Shown here: piece after piece, positions 18,701 through 27,758 of the stretch
How the letters are laid out: each line of letters opens with the position of its first letter
How positions within the stretch are numbered: the first letter of the stretch is position 1
Assembly: GCA_041687695.1 (NCBI GenBank)
Contig: JAWLBL010000043.1
Coordinates: forward strand, 1-42,898
Length of the DNA: 42,898 nt
Source: Myxococcota bacterium
GTDB lineage: Bacteria > Myxococcota_A > UBA9042 > PHBI01 > JAWLBL01
Direction: 5' to 3'
The notes under the pieces: model-generated
Told to the model about the DNA's origin: nothing
Seen by the model: only the letters and a program-made list of their open reading frames with translations
Database searches by the model: none
Position numbers and translations under genes: made by a program

Positions 18701-19113
18701 CCGCTTCCAAGCGACCCCGGACCCGACCCAAGCGTCCGCAGGCCGCTTCGAAGCGACCCCTCGGACCTTTCGAACCGTCTCCGACCCGCTTCGAAGCGAC
18801 CCTGATACCTTTCGAAAGGTCCGCGGGTCACTTCCGAGCGACCTGTCGCCTCATCGAAGCGTCCGCCGCCCCGCTTCGAAGCGGCCTCCGCGCCCTTCGA
18901 TGAGCCCGTGGGTCACTTCCAAGCGGCCCCAAGACCTTTCGAACCGTCCCGACCCCGCTTCGAAGCGACCCGTCTACCCTTCGAACCGGCCCGACCCCGC
19001 TTCGAAGCGGCCCGTCTACCTTTCGAACCGTCCCGAGGCCACCCGCGAGCGACCCCGCGCACGGTTCGACCGGCCGCGACCCCACCCGCGAGCGACCCCG
19101 CGCACGCTTCGCC
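18701..19113. repeat. Non-coding array of ~20 TTCGAA-centred palindromes with 21-22-bp period (42-43-bp dimer unit)
   Basis: Exact TTCGAA at 18747, 18769, 18790, 18811, 18875, 18938, 18959, 18980, 19001 and 19022, with degenerate cores at the intervening phase positions. Confidence 0.9.
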
Positions 19114-19207
19114 TCCCCTCCACCCCGCCGGGGAGCAGCTCGGAGCCCCGTCGCCAGCGTGCCACCGCGGGTTGTCGGCAGTGACAGGTTCCGGTATGGC
19201 GGGGGGC

Positions 19208-20251
19208 ATGAGGGTGACGCACCGGTTGATGATGGCCGCGCTCGTCGTGCTGGCGCTGGGGGGACCGGCCGGGGGGGCCGAGGGGGCGCCGGGGTGGATG
19301 GCGCGGCCCGAGGGGTTGAGGGAGCGGGCGCGGGCGAGGGTGGACGTCCCGGTCGAGGCGATCGGCTTCGAAGAGGGTGGGCCGGCGGTGCGGGTGCGCG
19401 GGGGCGAGACGCTGCGGGGCGCGCTGCCGGTCGCCGAACACACCGGGGAGCAGGTGCGGGTCGTGCTCCAGAGCAAGGTGGCCAACCTGGCGGTGTGGCT
19501 GCCGCGCAAGGCCCTGCGCAAGTGCGCGCTGCGCAAGGTGTGGCTGGCGCCGACCGAGGCGCTGGCCGCGGGACGGCCGACCGCGAGGTCGCCGGGGCTG
19601 GTGCTGGAGGTCGGCGAGCCGGTCACGCAGGTGTCGCCTCGGCTGGAGGGCGGGCTGGCGGACGTGACCTGGTGGCACGGGCGGGTGCGGGCCACCGTGG
19701 TGGGCGAGGCCGCGGCCTTCGGCGAGGTGTGGCCCGCGGGCAAGGCGCGGCGCAAGCGGGTGGGCAGGCCGAACGTCCGGCTGCGGCCGGGGGCGGTGCT
19801 GACCGCGACGCCCGCCAAGGCCTCGGACGAGGCCTTGGACGAGCTGCCGTTCGCGTGGCTGGGCGACCCCTCGCGCGGGGGGCATGTCTCGGTGCCGACC
19901 TGGGCGCGGGTGGTGGCACGGCGCGGCGAGGCGAGGCTGGTGCGGGTCGAGACCGAAGGGGCCAGCTTGACCGGCTGGGTGACGGCCGATCAGGTGGTGG
20001 AGGACGGCGCGCTGGGCGCCTGGGGCACGCTGACCGGCGGCGGCGGCGGCGGCGCGGCGGGCGACTTCGCTACGGTGCGCGAGGGCGCGACCCTGCACGC
20101 GAGCCCGGGCGGGGCGGTGGTCGGGGTGGTGACGGCGGCCGAGGCGCTGCTGTGGGTCGAGGAGCGCGGCGACGACGGCTGGGCGCGGGTGCGCGACCTG
20201 GAGCTGCCGCTCGGCGTGCCGGTGTGGGTGCGCGACGCCGCGGAGCCGTGA
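19208..20251 (+). CDS. Secreted hypothetical protein with SH3b-like segments
   Basis: Signal peptide. GASLTGWV and ATLHASPGGAVVG...DGWARV resemble bacterial SH3 domains. Confidence 0.65.
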   Translation: MRVTHRLMMAALVVLALGGPAGGAEGAPGWMARPEGLRERARARVDVPVEAIGFEEGGPAVRVRGGETLRGALPVAEHTGEQVRVVLQSKVANLAVWLPRKALRKCALRKVWLAPTEALAAGRPTARSPGLVLEVGEPVTQVSPRLEGGLADVTWWHGRVRATVVGEAAAFGEVWPAGKARRKRVGRPNVRLRPGAVLTATPAKASDEALDELPFAWLGDPSRGGHVSVPTWARVVARRGEARLVRVETEGASLTGWVTADQVVEDGALGAWGTLTGGGGGGAAGDFATVREGATLHASPGGAVVGVVTAAEALLWVEERGDDGWARVRDLELPLGVPVWVRDAAEP

Positions 20252-20357
20252 CGACCAGCGGCCCGGGCCGCCGGCCGAGGTGAGACCGCGCCGCACACGC
20301 CGGGGCCGCTTGCGGAGCGGCGCGCGGCGGCAGTAGGGTGCGGGAAGGAGCGTGGCC

Positions 20358-23300
20358 ATGAACAATCGGGTTGGGGTGCTGGGGTGCGCGGCGGCGCTGA
20401 GCCTCGTGGGGCTCGTGGCCGGATGCGGGGACATCAACGTCGCCGAGTCGGACGGGGGCGGCGGCGTAGACACCTCCGAGGACGCGTCCAAGGACGCCTC
20501 GGAGCCGCAGACTTGCGAGTACGGCGAGGACGGCTCGTGCGACGACGGCAACAGCTGCACGGTCGACACCTGCCTCATCACCGGGGTGTGCGCGCACGAG
20601 CCGCTGGCCAACGCGTGCAAGATCGACGGGCAGTGCTTCGTCGACGGGACCACGGCGCCGGCCAACGCCTGCCAGGTGTGCGACATCGCGCAGTCCAAGA
20701 CCGCGTGGACGTCCGTGGTCTGTGACGACGGGCAGCCGTGCACGCGCGACGAGTGCACGGCCTCGAGCGGGTGCGTGTTCCTGGCCGACGACAGCCTGCC
20801 CTGCGACGACGGGCTGGCCTGCTCGACCGACGACCGGTGCTCGGGCGGGCAGTGCGTGGCGACCGACTGCGGGTGCGAGAGCGACGCCGACTGCGCCGAG
20901 CTGGCGGCGCCCTGCAAGGCCGTGTCCTGCATGGGCGGCGAGTGCGTGGTGGTCCCCGACGGCGGGCTGGACGGCAGCGCGTGCGACGACGGCGACCCGT
21001 GCACCGTGGGCGACAGCTGCGCCGCCGGCGAGTGCGCCGGGGCCGCGATGGACTGCAGCGAGCTGGACGACGCCTGCCACGAGGGAGCGTGCCAGGACGG
21101 GTCCTGCGCCGCCGTCGCGCTGAGCGGGATCCCCTGCGACGACGAGGACCCGTGCACGGCCGAGGACACCTGCGACGCCGCCGGCGCGTGCGTCGGGACG
21201 TGGGACCCGGTGGCCTGCACGTGCGCGTCCGACGCCGACTGCAAGGCGCTGAACGGGCCGTGCAGCGTGGGGCAGTGCGACCTCGAGGCCGCCAACTGCG
21301 TGGCGGCGCCGACTGTGGACGCGCCCTGCGACGATGGCGACGCCTGCACCCACGGCGACCTGTGCGACGCCGGGGGCGCATGCGCCGGGACGCCCTACGT
21401 CTGCGAGGCGGACAGCGGCTGCGAGATCGCCTCCTGCGACGGCGCGGGCGGCTGCGACGTGCAGGTCGCCGAGGGCGGGTGCTACATCGAGGTGGGCGGC
21501 GTCGAGACCTGCTTCGCCGAGGGCGGGGTCAACCCGGACGATCCGTGCCAGATCTGCGACCCGGAACAGGCGACGGACGCGTGGTCGGTGGCGGCCGACG
21601 GGGCGCCGTGCGGGCCCGAGGCCGGCGAGTGCGAGACGCCGAGCGCGTGCGCCGGGGGCGTGTGCCAGGCGGGCGGCTTCAAGGACGTGGGGACGGCCTG
21701 CGGCGACGCGACCGAGACGGCGTGTGACAAGCCGGACCTGTGCGACGGGGCCGGCTTCTGCCTGCCCGCGTACGTGCAGGCGGGCATCGCCTGCGACGAC
21801 GGCGACCCGACCAACGGGCTGGACAAGTGCGACGGGGCCGGCCAGTGCGTGGGCGCCGGGTGCAGCGGCGACGCGGACTGCAGCGCCGGCGCGGCGGGGG
21901 CGTGCTTCGAGGGCGCCGGCGTGTGCGACGTGGCCAACGGGGTCTGCGTCCATACGCCCAAGGCCAGCAACGTCGCCTGCGACGACGGGGACCCCGCGAC
22001 GGTCGGCGACCACTGCGACGGCATCGGGCACTGCGTGGGCAACCTGCCCTGCACGGCGCACGGGTGCGACGCGCCCAGCGGGCCGTGCGACGTCGCGCCG
22101 GGTGCGTGCGACGCCGGGACGGGGGTGTGCTCGTTCGACGAGCAGCCCGTGGGGACGCCGTGCGACGACCAGAACCCGGCGACGCTGGGCGACCGCTGCC
22201 ACGCGGGCGGGGTCTGCGCGGGCGACCTGGACACGCCGCCGTGGATCGCGGCCCTGGACGACCTGCGCGTTCAGGCCGGGACGAGCGGGGCGACGCTGAG
22301 GCTGTTCGCGGGCGAGGGGCTGCACGCGGCCGAGGCCGCGCAGACGGTGACGGTGGCCGTGGTGGACAGCAGCGCGCCGGACGTGCTGCCGGTCGAGGCG
22401 GTGACGGTCGTGTGCGAGGACGACGGGCGCGGCTGCTACGGCAAGCTGGTGATCGACGGGCCGCTCGAGGTCGTGGGCGAGGCGACGCTGACGCTGGAGG
22501 CGTCGGACGGGCAGGCGACGACGCAGGCGACGGTCACCGTGACGGTCGTGGACTGCTCCGCGGACAGCCAGGTCTTCCTGGCCGACGGCAGCTTCGCGGT
22601 GCCCGAGGGGTGCAACTTCCTGGAGATCGAGGCCTGGGGCGCCGGCGGAGGCTCGGGCGAGCGGTACTCGGGGCGGCTGGGCGGCAACGGCGGCGGCGGC
22701 GGCTACGCCGCGGTCGGGCTGGGCGTGACGCCGGGCGAGAGCCTGGAGGTGCTGGTGGGTCAGGGGGGACTTTCGGGCAAGTGCTCGGGATCGCCGGTGC
22801 CTGGGGGCGACGGCGCTTACGCGGGCGGCGCCGCCGACGGGAGCGGAGCCGGCTCGCCGGGCGACGGGCCGCTGCTGGGCGGGGTCGGGGGCCAGGGGAT
22901 CGGCAACGGGTACGCCGGCGGCCAGGGCGGCTATGGCGGCGGAGGCGGCGGACACAGCGGGTACCGGCGCGGCGGCAGCGGCGGCGCGGCGACCGTGGTG
23001 CGCTCGGCGGCGGGCGCGGACCTGGTGGTCGCGGGCGGCGGCGGTGGCGGCAGCGGTGGCCCCAGTGACTCGAACACGGTGCCAGGGTCCGGCGGCGGCG
23101 GGTGCGGGCAGCCCGGGATCAACGCAGTGGGCGACAAGGGCGGCGCCGGGGGCGGCGGCGGCGGCGGGGCTTGCGAGGGGGACGTCACCAGCCCGGCGCA
23201 GGGCCGCGACCCGAAGCCGGCGGCGCCCGAGGGGGGCGCGCGGGGCGGCACGTCGACGGACACGAACCAGTGCCAGCCCGACGAGTTCGGCGGGGACGGC

Positions 23301-24893
23301 GCGGCGGTGCTGCGGGTGCGCGGCGACTGGGCGGGCGGCGGCCTGGGCGTGGCGGACGGGGCGGCCTGGGAGGGCGCGCTGATGACCTTCGAGGTGACGG
23401 TGGCGCCGCTGGACGCGAGCAAGCCCGTGACCTTCAGCTGGACGACCCGGCCGCTGTCGGGTGAGGCAGGGGTGGACTTCGTGGCGGCGGGCGGGGTGGT
23501 GTCGGTGCCGGCCGGGCAGACGACGACGACGCTGACCGTGGCGACGCTGGACAACGCGTGGCTGGACGGGCTGCGGCTGGTCGAGGTGGTCGTGGCGGAC
23601 GCGACCAACGTGGTGGTGCGCGACCCGGTGGGGCTGGGCTTCATCGGCGACGACGAGGCGTGCGAGGGCGCGGCCACGGTCGAGGACGCGGACGGGCGCG
23701 TGCTGCTGGGGATGGGGACGGCGTACGCGGACGAGGACGGCGACGGGTTCACGGCAGCGGCGGAGGCCGTGTGCGTGCTGTTCGGGCACGCGCTGCCCGA
23801 GGGCTACGTGGCGCAGGCGGTGGCGCCGCCGGCGCTGGGCTGGAACGCGGCGTTGGCCGAGCGGGTGGGGCCCGGGTCGAGCTGGAGCAGCGAGCACATG
23901 GCCCGGGTCGAGGCGGGCTACGCCACGACGAGCCAGTCGCCGGGCTCGGAGTCGGAGTGGCTGGTCCTGCGCGACTGGAAGCTGGGGCTGCCGGAGGCGG
24001 CCAAGGTGCTGGGCGTGCGGGTGCACGTGACGCGCGAGACCACCTGCGACAACCAGCGCACGATGCACGACAGCGCGGTGCAGCTGGTGCTGGGGGGCGA
24101 GGTGGTCGGCGCCAACCGGGCGGCGTCCGGGCCGTGGTCGCAGAGCAAGGAGACGGTGACCTATGGCGGCCCGAGCGACAGCTGGGAGGTGGCGCTGACG
24201 GGGGCCGAGGTCAACGGCGCGGACTTCGGCGTCGCCGTGCGCACCCTGCGCAACCAGCAGTGCTGCTCGTGTCAGGCGCGGGTGCACCACGTGTGGATCG
24301 AGGTCTTCACCGACCAGGGCGAGGACTGCGCGCCCGAGGACCCGGCGCTGTATCGGACCAAGGACGTCCACGTCGACGCCGACGGTGACATGTACTCGGT
24401 CGGGGCGTCGGAGTCGGTGTGCATGGGCGAGGCGCTGCCCGCGGAGTACGCCACGGGCTACGCGCTGAGCAGCTTCGGGACCGACTGCTACGACGGCAAC
24501 GCCAACGCCTTCCCGGGGTCGACCTACTTCGGGACCAGCCACCGCGGTGACGGCAGCTACGACTACGACTGCGACGGCGCGACCACCGCCAACGCCAGCA
24601 GCTGCTACAGCTGCGCGGCCACGGTGTCGACCGGCACCTGCGCCACCTACACGGGCACCTGCACCAAGGGCGCGCCGTCGGTGGTCTACAACTGCACGGC
24701 GGCCCAGCCGTACGCCTGCGGCAGCACGGTGCCGAGCAGCAGCTGCGCGTTGACCTATCGCAACAGCGCCTGCACGACCAGCACCACCACGGTCAGCTCG
24801 GGCAGCGGGACGCACACCACCTTCTGCAGCACCAGCGCGGCAGGCTACACCGCCGTCAGCTGCACGGGGACGGCGACCTGCAGCTGCCGGTAG
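20358..24893 (+). CDS. Large modular surface lipoprotein: Cys-rich repeats, Ig-like, Gly-rich, Calx-beta and MopE-like repeats
   Basis: Lipobox VAGC, CDDG repeats, IEAWGAGGG...VAGGGGG Gly-rich domain, AWEG...AGVDF...IGDDE Calx-beta-like domain, DxDGDG...DCYD...FPG...DYDCDG repeats. An alternative GTG start lies at 20352. Confidence 0.9.
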   Translation: MNNRVGVLGCAAALSLVGLVAGCGDINVAESDGGGGVDTSEDASKDASEPQTCEYGEDGSCDDGNSCTVDTCLITGVCAHEPLANACKIDGQCFVDGTTAPANACQVCDIAQSKTAWTSVVCDDGQPCTRDECTASSGCVFLADDSLPCDDGLACSTDDRCSGGQCVATDCGCESDADCAELAAPCKAVSCMGGECVVVPDGGLDGSACDDGDPCTVGDSCAAGECAGAAMDCSELDDACHEGACQDGSCAAVALSGIPCDDEDPCTAEDTCDAAGACVGTWDPVACTCASDADCKALNGPCSVGQCDLEAANCVAAPTVDAPCDDGDACTHGDLCDAGGACAGTPYVCEADSGCEIASCDGAGGCDVQVAEGGCYIEVGGVETCFAEGGVNPDDPCQICDPEQATDAWSVAADGAPCGPEAGECETPSACAGGVCQAGGFKDVGTACGDATETACDKPDLCDGAGFCLPAYVQAGIACDDGDPTNGLDKCDGAGQCVGAGCSGDADCSAGAAGACFEGAGVCDVANGVCVHTPKASNVACDDGDPATVGDHCDGIGHCVGNLPCTAHGCDAPSGPCDVAPGACDAGTGVCSFDEQPVGTPCDDQNPATLGDRCHAGGVCAGDLDTPPWIAALDDLRVQAGTSGATLRLFAGEGLHAAEAAQTVTVAVVDSSAPDVLPVEAVTVVCEDDGRGCYGKLVIDGPLEVVGEATLTLEASDGQATTQATVTVTVVDCSADSQVFLADGSFAVPEGCNFLEIEAWGAGGGSGERYSGRLGGNGGGGGYAAVGLGVTPGESLEVLVGQGGLSGKCSGSPVPGGDGAYAGGAADGSGAGSPGDGPLLGGVGGQGIGNGYAGGQGGYGGGGGGHSGYRRGGSGGAATVVRSAAGADLVVAGGGGGGSGGPSDSNTVPGSGGGGCGQPGINAVGDKGGAGGGGGGGACEGDVTSPAQGRDPKPAAPEGGARGGTSTDTNQCQPDEFGGDGAAVLRVRGDWAGGGLGVADGAAWEGALMTFEVTVAPLDASKPVTFSWTTRPLSGEAGVDFVAAGGVVSVPAGQTTTTLTVATLDNAWLDGLRLVEVVVADATNVVVRDPVGLGFIGDDEACEGAATVEDADGRVLLGMGTAYADEDGDGFTAAAEAVCVLFGHALPEGYVAQAVAPPALGWNAALAERVGPGSSWSSEHMARVEAGYATTSQSPGSESEWLVLRDWKLGLPEAAKVLGVRVHVTRETTCDNQRTMHDSAVQLVLGGEVVGANRAASGPWSQSKETVTYGGPSDSWEVALTGAEVNGADFGVAVRTLRNQQCCSCQARVHHVWIEVFTDQGEDCAPEDPALYRTKDVHVDADGDMYSVGASESVCMGEALPAEYATGYALSSFGTDCYDGNANAFPGSTYFGTSHRGDGSYDYDCDGATTANASSCYSCAATVSTGTCATYTGTCTKGAPSVVYNCTAAQPYACGSTVPSSSCALTYRNSACTTSTTTVSSGSGTHTTFCSTSAAGYTAVSCTGTATCSCR

Positions 24894-24920
24894 CGGGGGC
24901 GGGCGCCCGGAGGCGGGCGC

Positions 24921-25940
24921 CTACTCGGCCAGCAGGCGCAGGTCGAGGCGGACCGAGGTGGGGTCGAAGATGACGTGGTCCTCGTCGTTGCCCAGGTCCT
25001 GGGCCGTCTCGAACTGCAGCCGATAGCTGGAGGACGCGTGCCCGGCGGCCAGATCGGCGGCGACGCCCTCGATGACGTCGGCCGCGCGGTCGCCGCCCGG
25101 GCTGCCCGTGACGGTCGAGTCGCTGAACGTGCCGAGCTCGTTGGCCGGGGCGGCCGTGAAGGCGGCCTGGTCGATGGCGGTGAGCGGGGCGAGGTGGACG
25201 AGCTGCAGCGCGCCGAGGTCGGTGTAGGGGGCGCCGACGACGTGGGTCTGGCGGGCGAAGAGGCTGGCCGAGGTGAGGGAGACGACCTTGGGCACGGTCG
25301 ACAGGTCGACGCTGACGAAGCCGCGCCAGGTGCCGTTGGAGGCCGTGTCGCCGACGCGGATGTCGGTGGTGACGCCGTTGGTGTCGAAGCCGCCGGTGGT
25401 CTCGACGACCCGGGGCAGCTGCAGGGTGACGTCGCGGGCGGTCTGGAAGCCGACCGTCAGCGGCTGGGCGAGGGGCGCGCCCTCGGCGCTGGTGGCGGTG
25501 GTCTCGACGGTGAAGTCGTAGTCGAAGGGGTCGACGGTGTCGTCGCCGGCCGGGTAGGCGAGGACGGCGGAGGCGTCGACGGTCAGGATGGTGGCGCCGG
25601 CGTTCCAGCTGAACGCGAGCTGATCGGCGGGCAGCGAGGGCGAGGTCCAGGCGGCCTCGACGCTGGCGGTGTTCATCGGCTCGCTGAAGGACAGGACGAT
25701 GGGCCGCGAGACGAGGACGCCGCGCTCGCCGTCGCTGGGGGAGGCGGTGACGGTGGGGCCGGTGGCGACGTCGGCCTCGGTGTCGGTCGTGTGGACGTCG
25801 TCGTGACCGGGCGATGCGTCGTCGCCGCAGGCGGTCAGGGCCAGGGCGCCCGCGAGGGCGAGGACCCAGCGGCGGCGGGCGGGCCGGCGCGGGGTGTGGC
25901 AGGCGACGGGGCGTGGGTGCGGCGCAACGAAGGCGGTCAT
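24921..25940 (-). CDS. Ig-like (Big_5-type) domain lipoprotein
   Basis: Lipobox LTAC, PTVTASPSDG...IVLSFSEPMNTASV, followed by a second beta-sandwich (RVGD...RGFVSVDLS). Confidence 0.8.
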   Translation of the reverse strand: MTAFVAPHPRPVACHTPRRPARRRWVLALAGALALTACGDDASPGHDDVHTTDTEADVATGPTVTASPSDGERGVLVSRPIVLSFSEPMNTASVEAAWTSPSLPADQLAFSWNAGATILTVDASAVLAYPAGDDTVDPFDYDFTVETTATSAEGAPLAQPLTVGFQTARDVTLQLPRVVETTGGFDTNGVTTDIRVGDTASNGTWRGFVSVDLSTVPKVVSLTSASLFARQTHVVGAPYTDLGALQLVHLAPLTAIDQAAFTAAPANELGTFSDSTVTGSPGGDRAADVIEGVAADLAAGHASSSYRLQFETAQDLGNDEDHVIFDPTSVRLDLRLLAE

Positions 25941-26318
25941 GAGGCTAATCCTGGGGGCGGGTGGCTCGGCGCCGCGTGCGGTGGCCCGTCGTTCGCGAGC
26001 GCGGCCTGGGGCGCGGGGCCGAAGCGTCCCAGCTGCGGCAGAATCGGCAAGAAAAATGTGACACGCGCGGGTCGTCGCGCGCGGCAGTCAGCGTATTCCG
26101 GCGGCGCGGCAGGCGAGCTGACGGGACCGACGGAGCCGGTCGCCGCACAGTCGGGGGTGGCGCCTCGGGCAGCCGAGCCGCGGCTTTTTGGGCAAGTGGT
26201 GAGCGCCCGGTCGCGGGCGGCGGGGGCGCCCGGGGGCGCGAGGGTCCGTGGCCGGCGGAGCGATTGCGGGCGGGGCGCAGGGCGGCTAGGGTGCGGACGA
26301 CCGCGAGGAGGCTGCGAC

Positions 26319-26840
26319 GTGAGGGTGACCACCAAGGTGCTGGGGCTGGCGGCGGCGATGGCGCTTCCGGCGGGGGCGTGGGCGGCGGACGAGGCGCCGC
26401 TGTGGACCGTGCAGGTCGACCCGCTGACGACGCTGCTGGGGTTCGCGCACGTGCAGGTCGAGCGGGCGCTGACGCCGGCCGTGTCGGTGTACGCGGGGCC
26501 GCACCTGCGCCTGTTCGACAGCCCGCTGGCCGACACGACCGAGCCCTACACGGGTCTCGGGGCCGAGGTCGGCGTGCGGTGGTACTTCGCCGGCGTGGCG
26601 CCCGAGGGCGCCTGGGCGCTGGTGCGGGGCGTGCTGGCGCGCGTCAGCACCGACACGCCGGCGCCGGAGGTCGGAGTCGGCGGGTACGGCAGCGCCTTGG
26701 TCGGCTACACGGCGATCTTCGACGGGCTGTGGGTGCTGTCGGGCGGCGCTGGCGCGCAGTACATCGACTATGGCGTGGCCGGGTACGGGCCGTCGGGGGT
26801 GTTCCCGGCGCTGCACACGGCCCTGGGCGTCGCCTTCTGA
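26319..26840 (+). CDS. Small outer-membrane beta-barrel protein (DUF3575-like)
   Basis: GGAGG RBS plus GTG, signal peptide ending AWA, alternating beta-strands, C-terminal LGVAF. Confidence 0.75.
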   Translation: MRVTTKVLGLAAAMALPAGAWAADEAPLWTVQVDPLTTLLGFAHVQVERALTPAVSVYAGPHLRLFDSPLADTTEPYTGLGAEVGVRWYFAGVAPEGAWALVRGVLARVSTDTPAPEVGVGGYGSALVGYTAIFDGLWVLSGGAGAQYIDYGVAGYGPSGVFPALHTALGVAF

Positions 26841-26854
26841 GCGGGAGCCGCGGG

Positions 26855-27289
26855 ATGAGCATCAAGCGTCAGCCGATCTTCCTGCCGCCGGGCGGCGGGC
26901 GCGCCTACCCGATGGGGCGCATCTCCAGCATCTTCAAGGCCGACGGCGACGAGACCGGCTCGCGCTACAGCATCTCGGAGTGGTGGCTGGAGCCCAACAC
27001 CAAGGGCCCCGGGGCGCACAGCCACGACGAGGACGACGTGTTCTTCGTCATCGAGGGCACGATGAGCTTCCTCATCGGCGAGTCCTGGGTGGACGCACCG
27101 CGCGGCTCCTTCGTGCTGGCGCCGGCCGGACTGACCCACGACTTCGAGAACCGCACGAGCGAGCGCGCCGGCGTGCTGAACTTCTCGGCCCCCGGCGGCT
27201 TCGAGCCGCACATGCCCGCCATCGCCGGCTGGTTCGCCGAGCACCCACCCGGCGACGCGGTGCCGCGCGAGCCGGCGGAGACCGACTGA
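26855..27289 (+). CDS. Cupin domain protein
   Basis: HSH-x3-D-x-FFVIEG and PAGLTHDFEN cupin motifs. Confidence 0.9.
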   Translation: MSIKRQPIFLPPGGGRAYPMGRISSIFKADGDETGSRYSISEWWLEPNTKGPGAHSHDEDDVFFVIEGTMSFLIGESWVDAPRGSFVLAPAGLTHDFENRTSERAGVLNFSAPGGFEPHMPAIAGWFAEHPPGDAVPREPAETD

Positions 27290-27298
27290 GCGGCCTCG

Positions 27299-27496
27299 AG
27301 CCTGCATTTCTCACCAGCTCCTACTGCGCCCGGGGCTAGCACCGCACCTCCGCGGCGTTCTCGCTCCGGCCGGCTCGACGTACTGTCGAGTACACGGGGG
27401 CTGCGCCCCCGAACCCCGCGATGAGCCGCTCCGAGCACCGCGGATCTGCGACACTACCCCTCGGGCTCGCTACGGATCTGGTGAGAAATGCAGGCT
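27299..27496. mobile_element. 198-bp MITE-like element
   Basis: Perfect 19-bp terminal inverted repeats AGCCTGCATTTCTCACCAG (27299..27317) and CTGGTGAGAAATGCAGGCT (27478..27496). Internal hairpins CTCGAC...GTCGAG and GGGG-CTGCG-CCCC. No convincing ORF and no clear target-site duplication. Confidence 0.75.
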
Positions 27497-27498
27497 AG

Positions 27499-27758
27499 CA
27501 CGGCACTTTTCGCGAATACGGCGGCGGCGCGCTGATCCGCGAGCAGCACTTCCACCTGGGGCGGCGCTGCGGTGAGTGGCTCGAGCCCAAGGGCGACGGG
27601 GCCGAGGTCGTCGCCTACCCGGCGTGCGAGCTGTTCGAGCCGGCGGCCCCGGCGGCGGACGCTCCGACGGGCAGTTCATCGGGGGTCAGCCTGGGGCCTG
27701 GGCCTCCTGGGACGACAGCGGCCAGGTCGTGGAAGTGGATTACGGGCTCCTGCCATGA
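27499..27758 (+). pseudogene. 5'-truncated, frameshifted MORN-variant/YwqK-like gene remnant
   Basis: HGTFREYGGGALIREQHFHLGRRCGEW begins right at the MITE edge. A different frame gives GQFIGGQPGAWASWDDSGQVVEVDY then stop. Confidence 0.55.

Noticed and set aside
18701..19113. CRISPR array
   Set aside because: The period is only 21/42 bp, the repeats are degenerate, there are no spacer-length unique segments, and no cas genes are present.
19148..19163. Minus-strand TGGCACG as a sigma-54 promoter reading into the array
   Set aside because: No GC at the -12 position.
18828..19184. Small ORFs spanning the palindrome array
   Set aside because: The 22-bp steps shift frame within the array, there is no RBS, and the peptide repeats simply mirror the DNA repeat.
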